A DNA stretch of 64,000 nt from Lachnospiraceae bacterium (GCA_045531895.1 JAZSEW010000026.1:27492-91491); one strand, 5' to 3'. Shown: positions 37,214-46,940, counted from the stretch's first letter. The notes: a model not told the origin generated them from the sequence alone. Made by a program: numbers and translations.

Positions 37214-39300
37214 AAGAAAGTATAAAACAGGAACTGCTTCATTGCGTTCTGTGTCTTGGATTGCCGGTATTATTTGAGATATTGTATCAGCTGCTTGTAT
37301 TAGGCAGCGGTGCAGGAACCTTTTACATGGCATTTTATGCGGCGCTGGTTGGTGGAGCTGTTTATGTGGCAACCGGATTTCTTCCGGAGTTTGCCGGAAA
37401 AATAGTATATTGTGTGATAAACAGTCTGCTCTGGTTGTACTTTGCAGTTCAGATAGTGTATTACTATGTGTTTGAGGTGTTCTTCTCGTTTGCGTCCATC
37501 TTTGCGGTAGGGACCGATGTTATGGACTTTAAAAGCACCATAGGCAATGCTATCATGGCGAATATATGGTATATTTTATTGTTCTTATTTCTACTGGTAG
37601 TATGCTGTATACTCTTTTGCGTAAAGTGTGACCTGGACAAAAAAGGTTGGAAAGCCCGTCTGGTTTTAGTGGGTGGCTGGCTGCTTGCATTTCTTTTATT
37701 TCATGGAAGTCTGTTCCTTGGCGGTACGGAGGAAAATACGCCTTACAGCCTCTATGTAAAGGATTGGAATGAAAAGCTGGGGGCAGAAAAGTTTGGCATG
37801 CTGGTGTTGGCAGAAAAAGATATTATCAGCCTGATAAAGGGAGATGATATGTCAGAGGAACTTAATGATATTGTGATTGTGGACCGTCCCGTGATTCAGA
37901 CGCCGGTGCCGACAAAAGCACAAAAACCTACGGAATCCATGCACAGCGATATTCCGTCACCATCGGTTACGGTGCCGCCGGATGTGACAATATTACCAAG
38001 CGAAACGCCGACTCCGACGATAAGTCCGACTCCGACACCAACACCGGTGGACACGTCGCCAAATGTACTGAATATTGATTTCCTTGCATTGGCAGAGGAA
38101 GAGAAAAATAAAGAAGTAAAAACGCTGCATGAGTATTTTGCCAGTGAGGAATATACACTGAAAAATGAATACACAGGTATGTTTGAGGGCTATAACCTGA
38201 TTATGATTACGGCAGAGGGCTTTGCACCATATGCCATGCAGGAGGGACTAACCCCAACTCTGCTCAAAATGGCGAAGGAGGGTTTTGTATTTAATCATTA
38301 TTATGCGCCAATCTGGATGACCAGTACCATTGACGGAGAGTTTGTCAACTGTACCGGTCTGCTGCCTGACAGATATTATAGTTTGCGGCGGATGATTGGG
38401 CATGATATGCGGTATTGCTTTGGACATATGTTTGACGGGCTTGGATATCTGACCAATGCATACCACAATTATTCCTACACGTATTATGACAGAGATGAAA
38501 CTCACCCATCCATGGGGTATACCTATAAGGGCAGAGGTAACGGTCTGAATGTGAAAAAGCAATGGCCGGGCTCTGATTTGGAGATGATGGAGCTTTCAGT
38601 ACCGGAATATATCGGAAGTGAACCGTTCCACGTTTATTACATGACAGTCAGCGGACATATGGAGTATAGCTTTTCCGGCAACCGAATGGCGTCTGTAAAT
38701 AAAGATGTTGTAAGCGAATTGCCGTACTCTGAACAGGCAAAGGCTTATATTGCCTGCAACTATGAACTGGAAAAAGCAATGACTTATCTGGTGGAACAGT
38801 TAGAGACGGCCGGAGTGGCAGAACGCACTGTGATTGCTCTTGCAACGGATCATTATCCATATGGCTTGGAAAAGGAAACCATCGATGAACTGGTGGGGCA
38901 TGAGGTGGAAGAAAATTTTGAATTATATGAAAGTACTTTAATCATATGGTCTCCGTCCATGGAGGAACCGATTGAAGTGGATAAATATTGCTCTGCCATT
39001 GATATTGCACCGACACTTGCAAATCTCTTTGGGCTGGAATATGATTCCAGACTTTATATGGGAAAGGATATTTTGTCTACGGCAGAGGGCCTGGTAATGT
39101 TTCAGGATAAGAGTTTCATTACCGACCGGATAATGTATGATGCGGGAACCGGAAGGGTCACATATCTTACGGAGGAAGAGCTTCCGGAGGATTATGTAAA
39201 AATCATGCGGCAGATTGTGAAAAATCGGTTTAAAGTTTCTAAGGGAATTATTGATTTAGACTATTACAGCTATCTTCCGCGAGAGGATGCTGTGAATTGA
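37210..39300 (+). CDS. LTA-synthase-family (sulfatase-like) membrane protein with Pro/Thr-rich linker
   Basis: About 5 N-terminal TM segments, then the linker PSETPTPTISPTPTPTPVDTSP, then an extracellular alkaline-phosphatase-superfamily domain (NLIMITAEGF..., ATDHYPYG). Confidence 0.75.
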   Translation: MKESIKQELLHCVLCLGLPVLFEILYQLLVLGSGAGTFYMAFYAALVGGAVYVATGFLPEFAGKIVYCVINSLLWLYFAVQIVYYYVFEVFFSFASIFAVGTDVMDFKSTIGNAIMANIWYILLFLFLLVVCCILFCVKCDLDKKGWKARLVLVGGWLLAFLLFHGSLFLGGTEENTPYSLYVKDWNEKLGAEKFGMLVLAEKDIISLIKGDDMSEELNDIVIVDRPVIQTPVPTKAQKPTESMHSDIPSPSVTVPPDVTILPSETPTPTISPTPTPTPVDTSPNVLNIDFLALAEEEKNKEVKTLHEYFASEEYTLKNEYTGMFEGYNLIMITAEGFAPYAMQEGLTPTLLKMAKEGFVFNHYYAPIWMTSTIDGEFVNCTGLLPDRYYSLRRMIGHDMRYCFGHMFDGLGYLTNAYHNYSYTYYDRDETHPSMGYTYKGRGNGLNVKKQWPGSDLEMMELSVPEYIGSEPFHVYYMTVSGHMEYSFSGNRMASVNKDVVSELPYSEQAKAYIACNYELEKAMTYLVEQLETAGVAERTVIALATDHYPYGLEKETIDELVGHEVEENFELYESTLIIWSPSMEEPIEVDKYCSAIDIAPTLANLFGLEYDSRLYMGKDILSTAEGLVMFQDKSFITDRIMYDAGTGRVTYLTEEELPEDYVKIMRQIVKNRFKVSKGIIDLDYYSYLPREDAVN
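38026..38039 (+). repeat. Pro/Thr-linker 14-mer shared with the next gene (second copy 39588-39601)
   Basis: ccgactccgacacc is identical at 38026-38039 (LtaS-like linker) and 39588-39601 (C39-like lipoprotein linker). A related ccgactccgac lies at 38008-38018. Confidence 0.9.
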
Positions 39301-39350
39301 CGATGCGGAGAAAGCATGGTACAATGAAAGCAAAAATGGGATGGTTATGT

Positions 39351-40487
39351 ATGAAAAGAACAAATAGAAAAAAATACTGGATTTCTCTTGCAGTGCTGGG
39401 AATTTTTCTTGGAGCTGCAGGCTGTGGACAGGTGCTGGAAACTGCATCGGACCGATTTGACAGCCTGATGGGAGATATTCTTTCCTCAGGTCAGGATTCC
39501 TTTGAAGATGATGGTAATGTAACGATACGGATTCTGACTGCTACACCGATTCCGGAGGCAACACTTTCTCCGACACCAACGTTGGATCCGACTCCGACAC
39601 CGGGAGAGGATAATTCAGAACCGGAAGGAGAAGAAGTGGATGAATGGGTGTATGCTACCGGAGGAGTGAATATTCGTGCCGGCTGGTCTACGGATTCTTC
39701 TATTGTGGGAACACTGAGTAAGAACGACCAGATACATCGGTTGGCAGTATTGGAAAATGGTTGGTCAAAGGTCAGCTACAATAGTGATTATGCGTATATT
39801 CACAGTAATTATCTGACTACTGAACGTCCGACGGTGCCGGGTACGGTACACCTGGACACTTCAGAATATGCGTATGATGCGGTAAAAAACGGAGAAGATG
39901 TTTTAATGCTTGGCGTGCAGAATATTTTGCAGAAGCCGGATTTGCCGGCCGGATCGGAGGTTACCTGTCTGGCAATTGTGCTTAATTATCTGGGAGAGTA
40001 TGCAGACAAGGTTGCTCTGGCAGAGAATTATCTGGTAATTGCAGAACCGGGAACGGCATCACCATATGAAGCATATCTGGGCGATCCCAAGGTATCAGAA
40101 GGGAGCTATGGCTGCTATGCACCGGTACTTGTGGATACGGCGAACCGATATCTGGCAGATAAAGGAGAGACGAAAAAGCAGGCGAGAGATGTTTCCGGAA
40201 GCAGTCTGCAGAGCCTGTTTGATTACGTAAAGAAGGGGATTCCTGTAATTGTATGGGGCACTACTAATGTGGCGGAATCAGAGATAACTGCAGAATGGGT
40301 AATTAACGGAGAGCTGATTCAATGGAAAGGGAATGAGCATTGTACTGTGCTGATGGGTTATAATAAGACTCGTGAAACTGTGATTGTGGCAGATCCGTTA
40401 TGCGGCATTGTAGAATATGATATGGACAACTATTATGAGCGTTACAAGGAGCAGTATTCCAACGCGGTAATTATCACAACAAGATAA
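39351..40487 (+). CDS. Lipoprotein with SH3b-like domain and C39-like (papain-fold) peptidase domain
   Basis: Signal/lipobox MKRTNRKKYWISLAVLGIFLGAAGC, a P/T linker, an SH3-like segment (VNIRAGWSTDSSIVGTL...GWSKVSY), and a C39_2-like core (QKPDLPAGSEVTCLAIVLNYLG ... NEHCTVLMGY). Confidence 0.7.
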   Translation: MKRTNRKKYWISLAVLGIFLGAAGCGQVLETASDRFDSLMGDILSSGQDSFEDDGNVTIRILTATPIPEATLSPTPTLDPTPTPGEDNSEPEGEEVDEWVYATGGVNIRAGWSTDSSIVGTLSKNDQIHRLAVLENGWSKVSYNSDYAYIHSNYLTTERPTVPGTVHLDTSEYAYDAVKNGEDVLMLGVQNILQKPDLPAGSEVTCLAIVLNYLGEYADKVALAENYLVIAEPGTASPYEAYLGDPKVSEGSYGCYAPVLVDTANRYLADKGETKKQARDVSGSSLQSLFDYVKKGIPVIVWGTTNVAESEITAEWVINGELIQWKGNEHCTVLMGYNKTRETVIVADPLCGIVEYDMDNYYERYKEQYSNAVIITTR

Positions 40488-40489
40488 AT

Positions 40490-40550
40490 TAAAAAGAGCC
40501 TTAATAAAATTTCATGCAGCTGATGCGGAAATTTTGATTAGGGCTCTTTT
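40490..40550. terminator. Bidirectional terminator between convergent genes (C39-like gene and dCMP deaminase)
   Basis: aaaaagagcc...taaaatttc / gaaatttt...ggctcttttt, with an A-run on one side and a T-run on the other. Confidence 0.8.
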
Positions 40551-40558
40551 TATAATGA

Positions 40559-41038
40559 TTAGAGCGGAAGCGTTACAAGTTTATTGATTGGTGTATATTT
40601 TTTGTAGGTAATTCCTGCGGAGTCAAACATTTTTCTGGCTGCAACGGAGGAATCAGTATCATGGTATTTGTCGGAATAGTAAATAACCTCGGCAATACCG
40701 GATTGAATCAGTGCCTTCGTGCATTCATTACAAGGAAACAGGGTGGTGTATACCCTGGCACCTTTGATATCACTGCCGGTGTAATTTAAAATGGCATTTA
40801 GCTCGGCATGGCAGACATAGAGATATTTGGTATCCAGAGGCTTGCCCTCTCTGTCCCACGGAAACTCGTCGTCGGAGCAGCCGGCAGGCATACCGTTATA
40901 GCCTACGGAAAGAATTTTGTTGTCCTTGCTGACGATGCAACAGCCAACACTGGTGCTTGGGTCTTTGCTGCGTTGTGCGGAAAGCAGGGCAATTCCCATA
41001 AAATAATCATCCCATTTTAAATAATCCTGACGTTTCAT
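40559..41038 (-). CDS. Deoxycytidylate (dCMP) deaminase, ComEB-type
   Basis: Zinc motifs HAELNAI and [13 protein letters not shown]; 159 aa. Confidence 0.9.
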   Translation of the reverse strand: MKRQDYLKWDDYFMGIALLSAQRSKDPSTSVGCCIVSKDNKILSVGYNGMPAGCSDDEFPWDREGKPLDTKYLYVCHAELNAILNYTGSDIKGARVYTTLFPCNECTKALIQSGIAEVIYYSDKYHDTDSSVAARKMFDSAGITYKKYTPINKLVTLPL

Positions 41039-41079
41039 ATGAGGTTCCGTCCTTTCTGTGGTTCATTTGTTTTAGTGTA

Positions 41080-41742
41080 TCACGAATGAGTTCCGGGTAC
41101 AATAGATTTTTTTCGTTTTCCTGCGTATAGCATAAGTAGTATTACACAACCAAGCAATACCGTTCCGACAATAATTAAGGCACATTGCAGAAAGAAACGT
41201 TCTGGCAGAAACAGGATAATCGGGTCTTCGTATGGAGAGAAAATCCAGTCATCGTTGTTAAATACAATCTGATGGAAGAGCACAAAAATCCGATTGAAAT
41301 CAATGGCACATGCCAGACCAATCAGCAGCGGAAGGACGCAGACAATGACGGGGGACGCAATCATCCAGGAGAAACTGCCGCGTTTGTGCTGGATGTAAAT
41401 TAAACCGGCAAGAAAGACCGGGGTAATAAACAGCAGGGCAAAAAACAGGTTAAAGATAACCTTAACCTCCACAAAGTGGGAAATTCCGCTCTCACTTTCA
41501 GGAAGAGAAGGAAAGTCAAGCTCTTCGGTGAAAAAAGGACTGCAGTAATCGATCAGGGCATCATAGTTTTCTTTTATTATTTCAGTGGAATAGCCGGTTT
41601 CTGCTGAAATTCGTTCCATGCCCAGATAGTAGAACGGACGGAAATAAATGGCAATGACAAGGCCGACGGAAATAAAGAAGATTAAAAATAATATACCGAT
41701 GGCACTGTTTACCAGCCAGGTAGTAAGTTTATTTGCTTTCAT
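41080..41742 (-). CDS. TIGR01906-like integral membrane protein
   Basis: 220 aa with 4-5 TM segments. The motif FHQIVFNNDDWIFSPYEDPIILFLPERFF resembles the TIGR01906/DUF1461 family. Confidence 0.6.
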   Translation of the reverse strand: MKANKLTTWLVNSAIGILFLIFFISVGLVIAIYFRPFYYLGMERISAETGYSTEIIKENYDALIDYCSPFFTEELDFPSLPESESGISHFVEVKVIFNLFFALLFITPVFLAGLIYIQHKRGSFSWMIASPVIVCVLPLLIGLACAIDFNRIFVLFHQIVFNNDDWIFSPYEDPIILFLPERFFLQCALIIVGTVLLGCVILLMLYAGKRKKSIVPGTHS

Positions 41743-41820
41743 ACTAATTCTCCTCGTAAAATGGTCTATGGTTGTATTTTAAAGGGTGAAGCAGTATAAT
41801 TCAAGAGGAAAGTGTATTTG

Positions 41821-43392
41821 ATGCGGAAAGAGGGCGGTTCTGTGGATTTATTTGGGAAAATAAAAGAATGGATTACAAAATCAGCGGCAACAAAGGCTGT
41901 AGCAATAATTACAGCAACGATAATTCTGGGCGGCGGTGTGGTATCTTTGGTATATGCGGGTATCTGTAACAGTGCCAAAGTGCAGCTCGGGAAGGCAGTG
42001 ACGGTTACTTTTGCTACGGAGGAATCTGCTGCAGAGAAGACCTTTGGATTAGGGGAATTGCTTGCTGCAATGAAAGAAAATGGAACAGAGCTTGGAATAG
42101 AAGCATCCGTAGAAGAACTGCCTGTTAATGTGGGTATGGGTGAAGTGACATTGTCCAATGTGGGGATTGGTATGGTACTACGTACCAATACTCTGGGAGA
42201 GAGCAACCTGAATGCTGATGTGAATGTGATGAATATGGCATTATTGTCTGCAAGGGCATATGCGAACAAAGAAAAGGTACAGGTAACGGTGCCGAAACTT
42301 TTAAAAGATATCTTTTCTGTAAACTATAGAAGCGAAACTTTCAAGGAGGATTTAGAAAACTGCTATCTGGTGGATTATGCCGGAGTTTCACAGGAAAAAC
42401 TTAAGGAGATTTTAGAAATTTTTCCGGAACGCACCGAAAATACGGAGTGTCCGGATGCAAAGGAAATAGAGAAAAGGTTTTATGAAATTTTGTTTCATTG
42501 CATTACAGATAATTTTGAAGAGGTTGAGTTGAAAAAATCCGGCAAAGCAGATGTGATGGTGGAAGATGAGGTGCTAAACTGTAAGGTATATTCCGCAGAA
42601 ATCTTCCGTGGCTATATCTCGGACTTTTTTAGTGAGTACACATTGCTCACTCAGAATTATATAAAAGAACTTGTGAAAGAATACGGAATAACTGCCTTGG
42701 AAGTAGATTATGCGTTTTCAAAACTGAATCAGGCAGTTCGTTTTATCAGAGGATTTATTACAGATGTCACCGTGGATTTTTATGTGAGTGAAAACCGTCT
42801 GGTAAAAGTGCGGGTTGACTGGGGTGTGGAATGGTACTTAAATGAGCAGGAGGGGTGTCTGGAATTGACTTTTGCAGCGTCAGGAAATCCGTTGGAAAAC
42901 ATGCAGTTAGAGCTGGTGTTGCCGATTCATGAGGATAATGCAAAGCCGGAGATACCAAAGCGGTTGGAGTTTTCTTATCAGGTAACAACGGAGAATACCG
43001 AGAATACATATTCGGTGGAATACCGTGTGCAGTACAATGGGAAACCTATGCGACTCTCTTTGAACCATGAAAAGCTGGGTGGTGACTTTATATTGGTTGT
43101 AAAGAATGGTATAAAGTCCTTAGCTATAACAGGAGCCATTGGGGAACTGGAAAAAGGAAGAAAAATTGGTCTGGAAGTAAAGGATTATGTGTATGCAGAG
43201 GGGGATTATACCGAAGAACAGGAGTTGAATGTCAGCATATATCTGAAAGTATTGGAAGATACGGTGACACCGCTTAAGGGTGAGGAACGGGATGCACTGG
43301 CATTGACCGAAGCTGACGTGGCAGCGCTTAAAGAGGAAGTGATAGTGAATATATACAAGCTGGCATTCAGTATGCTGGGAGTGTTGCAGTAG
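41821..43392 (+). CDS. Hypothetical membrane-anchored protein (single N-terminal TM, ~520 aa)
   Basis: An ATG lies 10 nt after agaggaaag. There is one TM (AVAIITATIILGGGVVSLVYAG) and then a large soluble region. I recognise no motif. Confidence 0.6.
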   Translation: MRKEGGSVDLFGKIKEWITKSAATKAVAIITATIILGGGVVSLVYAGICNSAKVQLGKAVTVTFATEESAAEKTFGLGELLAAMKENGTELGIEASVEELPVNVGMGEVTLSNVGIGMVLRTNTLGESNLNADVNVMNMALLSARAYANKEKVQVTVPKLLKDIFSVNYRSETFKEDLENCYLVDYAGVSQEKLKEILEIFPERTENTECPDAKEIEKRFYEILFHCITDNFEEVELKKSGKADVMVEDEVLNCKVYSAEIFRGYISDFFSEYTLLTQNYIKELVKEYGITALEVDYAFSKLNQAVRFIRGFITDVTVDFYVSENRLVKVRVDWGVEWYLNEQEGCLELTFAASGNPLENMQLELVLPIHEDNAKPEIPKRLEFSYQVTTENTENTYSVEYRVQYNGKPMRLSLNHEKLGGDFILVVKNGIKSLAITGAIGELEKGRKIGLEVKDYVYAEGDYTEEQELNVSIYLKVLEDTVTPLKGEERDALALTEADVAALKEEVIVNIYKLAFSMLGVLQ

Positions 43393-43397
43393 GGGAA

Positions 43398-43446
43398 AGG
43401 GAGTGCCGCAAAACAACCGGTTTTTAGTTATAGAGCGGTACTCCCT
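43398..43446. terminator. Hairpin between convergent genes (41821-43392 and the FliK-like gene)
   Basis: agggagtgccgc / gcggtactccct (one G-U), with an inner aaccggtt palindrome. Confidence 0.55.
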
Positions 43447-43450
43447 GAAT

Positions 43451-45106
43451 TTATGCCCTGATATCAAACGTATACCGGTTTAATCCACCCGGTGCATGTT
43501 CTTCTAAGAATTGTTCCAGCAAGGTCGGAGTATTGTCCTCCTTGGAGGGCTCTCGCACGGAAACTTCCGACTGGAGTGTGTAGCCTTTTAAGGCCAGTGC
43601 TTCTGTGAGCTTTGGCAGCTCGGTACGGACTAAATTACCGGAGTCTTTGTCGGTCATGGAAAAACGTGTGGTGACGTGGGTGCCGGACAGAGTAACAAAA
43701 ATATCGGTGGTGCCAAGGGCTTCCAGCTCCAGGTGAAGCAGGGCACTTAATGTATCGGAAGGTTTTATGGCCTTCTTTTTTTCGTACACATACAGTTCGC
43801 CGTGGGCAGGTCCTTCTCTGAATTTCAACGGAAGCTGGACATAAGGGAACACTTGATTGACTGCGTCCATAAAGGAAAGATTCTGGCGCATCTGCTTTGG
43901 TACGTCGGCGGTGTTTTTTTCTGTAGTACTTTCTGCAAGCTTTTGTGATAGCTGTTCCAGCCGGGTCAGCTTTTCGTTTAGTTCGTCATAGTATTTTTGT
44001 ACTTTTTCACTATCTGCGATGTCTTCCGGCTTCAGAAGAAAGGAGTTAAAAAAGTCTTCCATTAAGGTTTCGCCAATCGGGCGAGTGTGCTCCGAACGTA
44101 CAAAGACAGAACTGTCGGAGGAATCAGGGGGTGGGGCATCTGCTTTGACAGCGGTTGGAACATCAGCCGAAGTTGCAATTTCATCCGCAGGAGCAGGTGC
44201 AGGTGTTATTTCCGCAGAATGCGCTTGCATATCAATAGCATCTGCAGGAATAGGGGCAGATGCCCGTTCGGGCAATGCATTTGACATGTCGGCTGTGGCT
44301 GATTCCGGGTCTGTTTTGGGTGGTGAAACTGCAATTTCAGCCGCAGAATCTGTGAAAAGCTTTTCGGTAACGATTTCACCGGTGTGAAAAGTGGACGGTG
44401 AAATTACAGTTTCTTTGCCAACGAATCGGGCAAGCTCCTGCATGACCTCCTGCTTAAGTGACCCTTCCGGTAACTGCTGTATGGTTTCTGTTAATCCTTT
44501 TATCATAATTTGTGCTTGTGTCAGAAGCTTGGCGTTTCGGTCCTGATAGGTTACAAACTGCTCCACATTTTCTTTTGTAACCGGGATATGGTGAAGCTCC
44601 ATTAAAATCAAATCTTTTACCGGTAACTCCGGATGTTTTGCGGAGATGGAAAGATAGTGACGGATATTTGCTTCATTTACCGGTTGCTGGTGGGCAAGCA
44701 GTTCTGTAACAATGGATACGCTACGTTCGGTTTTGATAATATTTGCCGCAGAAAGTGCCTTGTCAATCATTGGGTTTTCTACCGGTGAATCTTCACCGGC
44801 CAGCTTTAAAAGAATTTGCTCTTCTGTGGTTTGGGCCACGAAGAAGCGTGCTGTTTGTCCAATGGAAAGATTTAAGGTACCTTCGGTACGGGCAGAAACC
44901 GTTGCACCGTTTTCTAATAGTACCATAATCTGATTTGCACGCAAATCAAGCACCTCACCCTTTAGAAACTGTCCCTGATTAACGGTGGTCTGTTTTGCAA
45001 GTTGTGCAGCTTTGGAAGGAGTCAGGTGTTTTGGCAGAGCCGGTACCGTTTTTTCCTGCTTTGGAGGTTTATAAATATTCGCCATCATGTGATCTATAAG
45101 TCCCAT
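43451..45106 (-). CDS. FliK-like protein (hook-length-control-type C-terminal domain), orphan
   Basis: The start is set at MGLIDHMM, 6 nt after GAGGAA. It has an N-terminal segment GEVLDLRANQIMVLLENGATVSARTEG.LNLSIGQ, a central A/P/D/S-rich linker, and a C-terminal LHLELEALGTTDIFVTLSGTHVTTRFSMTD...LPKLTEALALKGYTL. The last resembles the Flg_hook domain. The functional call is weak. Confidence 0.45.
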   Translation of the reverse strand: MGLIDHMMANIYKPPKQEKTVPALPKHLTPSKAAQLAKQTTVNQGQFLKGEVLDLRANQIMVLLENGATVSARTEGTLNLSIGQTARFFVAQTTEEQILLKLAGEDSPVENPMIDKALSAANIIKTERSVSIVTELLAHQQPVNEANIRHYLSISAKHPELPVKDLILMELHHIPVTKENVEQFVTYQDRNAKLLTQAQIMIKGLTETIQQLPEGSLKQEVMQELARFVGKETVISPSTFHTGEIVTEKLFTDSAAEIAVSPPKTDPESATADMSNALPERASAPIPADAIDMQAHSAEITPAPAPADEIATSADVPTAVKADAPPPDSSDSSVFVRSEHTRPIGETLMEDFFNSFLLKPEDIADSEKVQKYYDELNEKLTRLEQLSQKLAESTTEKNTADVPKQMRQNLSFMDAVNQVFPYVQLPLKFREGPAHGELYVYEKKKAIKPSDTLSALLHLELEALGTTDIFVTLSGTHVTTRFSMTDKDSGNLVRTELPKLTEALALKGYTLQSEVSVREPSKEDNTPTLLEQFLEEHAPGGLNRYTFDIRA

Positions 45107-45155
45107 AGGAAGTTCCTCGCTTTTCTGTAAAAAAAGATTTGGTGTGCTATGTATT

Positions 45156-45635
45156 TTAATTGTTTCTGGAACATTTTTCCGCATCAATGGCAAGTACCAG
45201 CATTAGGGCATACAGTGCATCTTCCGGATTTTTCACATCGATGGAATAGGTATCGGTCCAGTTGAACAACTCCTTGGTTACTGTGGCAACCAGAGAACCG
45301 TTATCGGTAACAATCTGATAGTCCCACTCCCAGAAGTCACCTTCCACATGCCAGCCATTAAAGTCAATGTCAAAGACAGGCTTAAAAAAGGTAAATTCTT
45401 TCTGAATACAGCCCAGATACTGTTCTTCGTTGCCAAGATAGAGTTCAAATTTTGGGAGGAAGGTCAGGATCTTTTCTTTTAATGTGGCTACATGAATGCC
45501 GGAAGCATCATGGATATGCAGGCAGTGCCCCCAGGAAAGCTTGCCCTCTACAGTATATATAGTGTTACCGGCTTCATCAAAAATATCGTAACTGTCTAAC
45601 CAGGAAAAAAATCGTTGCTTGAATAAAAGTTTCAT
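45156..45635 (-). CDS. LURP-one-related / tubby-C-like (DUF567, YxjI-like) protein
   Basis: 159 aa. MKLLFKQRFFSWLDSYDIFDEAGNTIYTVEGKLSWGH... and the repeated beta-strand pattern are typical of the family. Confidence 0.6.
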   Translation of the reverse strand: MKLLFKQRFFSWLDSYDIFDEAGNTIYTVEGKLSWGHCLHIHDASGIHVATLKEKILTFLPKFELYLGNEEQYLGCIQKEFTFFKPVFDIDFNGWHVEGDFWEWDYQIVTDNGSLVATVTKELFNWTDTYSIDVKNPEDALYALMLVLAIDAEKCSRNN

Positions 45636-45888
45636 AAGAGATGTCCTCCTTGTAAGCTAAGCACATTTATAAAATTATTTGTAACAGTTCAGCCTGCGCC
45701 ATTCGCAAATGCACCTACGGTGCTTTACCGCTGCTATGCAGCTAATTTGCTCATAAACAGGCGCTAACCCTATGCAATAATTATTTTATCATACTCTATG
45801 TAAATTTGGAAGAAAAGATGATTTTTTCAAAAAAGTATGCTACACTGTATTATATCGGCTGTCAGGCCGGAGAAGTGGAGGAGAATTT

Positions 45889-46929
45889 ATGCGATATCCA
45901 AAGTATTTACAACCGGGTGAAACCATCGGCTTTGTGGCACCATCTTTTGGCTGTGCCACCGAGCCTTATCATACAGCATTTTTAAATGCCCAGAAGAAGT
46001 TTACAGAGCAGGGCTACGGATTGGATATAGGTCCGAATTGTTATGAGAGCAAAGGAATTGGTATCAGTAATACACCTGAATTATGCGGACGGGAGCTTAC
46101 GGAGAGTTATATCGGTACCACAAATCAGGCAATAATCTCCTGTGGCGGCGGAGAATTGATGTGTGAGATTCTTGACCATGTAGATTTTGAGAAAATAAAG
46201 TCCGCAGATCCAAAGTGGTACATGGGCTATTCTGATAATACGAATTTTACCTTTTTGCTGACAACTCTTTGTGATGTGGCATCTGTCTATGGACCTTGTG
46301 CAGGAACTTTTGGTATGGAACCGTGGCACCCATCAGTAAAGGATGCATTTGCGCTGATAACCGGGAAAAAAAATACGGTATCCGGCTATGATGGATGGGA
46401 AAAGGAGTCTTTAAAGGATGCAGAACATCCATTGGTTCCGTATAATATTACGGAAAAGAGAGTACTCAAGGTGTACAATCCGGCAACAGGAAGTATTACA
46501 GAGAATGGTAATGTGCAGATTTCCGGCAGACTAATCGGTGGCTGTCTGGATTGTCTTGATATGCTGGTCGGTACAAAGTTTGATAAAGTACCGGAGTTTG
46601 CAGAAAAGTATAAAGAAGAAGGCATTCTCTGGTTCTTAGAGGCATGTGATTTAAACGTCATGTCTATAAGGAGAGCACTGTGGCAGCTGGAGCACAGTGG
46701 CTGGTTTCGGTATACCAAAGGCTTCTTGATTGGTCGCCCGTTATGCCTTGGACAGGAGTTGATGGGGCTTGATCATTACAGTGCAGTAACCGGAATTTTA
46801 GGTAAGTATAATGTGCCGGTTATTATGGATGCGGATGTGGGACATTTTGCACCGATGATGCCGTTAATTTGCGGCAGTTTAGCAAAGATAACCGTGACGG
46901 GTAATGAGATACAGGCAGAGATGAAATAA
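45889..46929 (+). CDS. S66-family LD-carboxypeptidase (MccF/LdcA-like)
   Basis: Nucleophile motif GYSDNTNF. A downstream acidic residue (LEACD) and His (VGHFAPM) are consistent with the Ser-Glu-His triad. Confidence 0.8.
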   Translation: MRYPKYLQPGETIGFVAPSFGCATEPYHTAFLNAQKKFTEQGYGLDIGPNCYESKGIGISNTPELCGRELTESYIGTTNQAIISCGGGELMCEILDHVDFEKIKSADPKWYMGYSDNTNFTFLLTTLCDVASVYGPCAGTFGMEPWHPSVKDAFALITGKKNTVSGYDGWEKESLKDAEHPLVPYNITEKRVLKVYNPATGSITENGNVQISGRLIGGCLDCLDMLVGTKFDKVPEFAEKYKEEGILWFLEACDLNVMSIRRALWQLEHSGWFRYTKGFLIGRPLCLGQELMGLDHYSAVTGILGKYNVPVIMDADVGHFAPMMPLICGSLAKITVTGNEIQAEMK

Positions 46930-46940
46930 GGAAAAACAAC

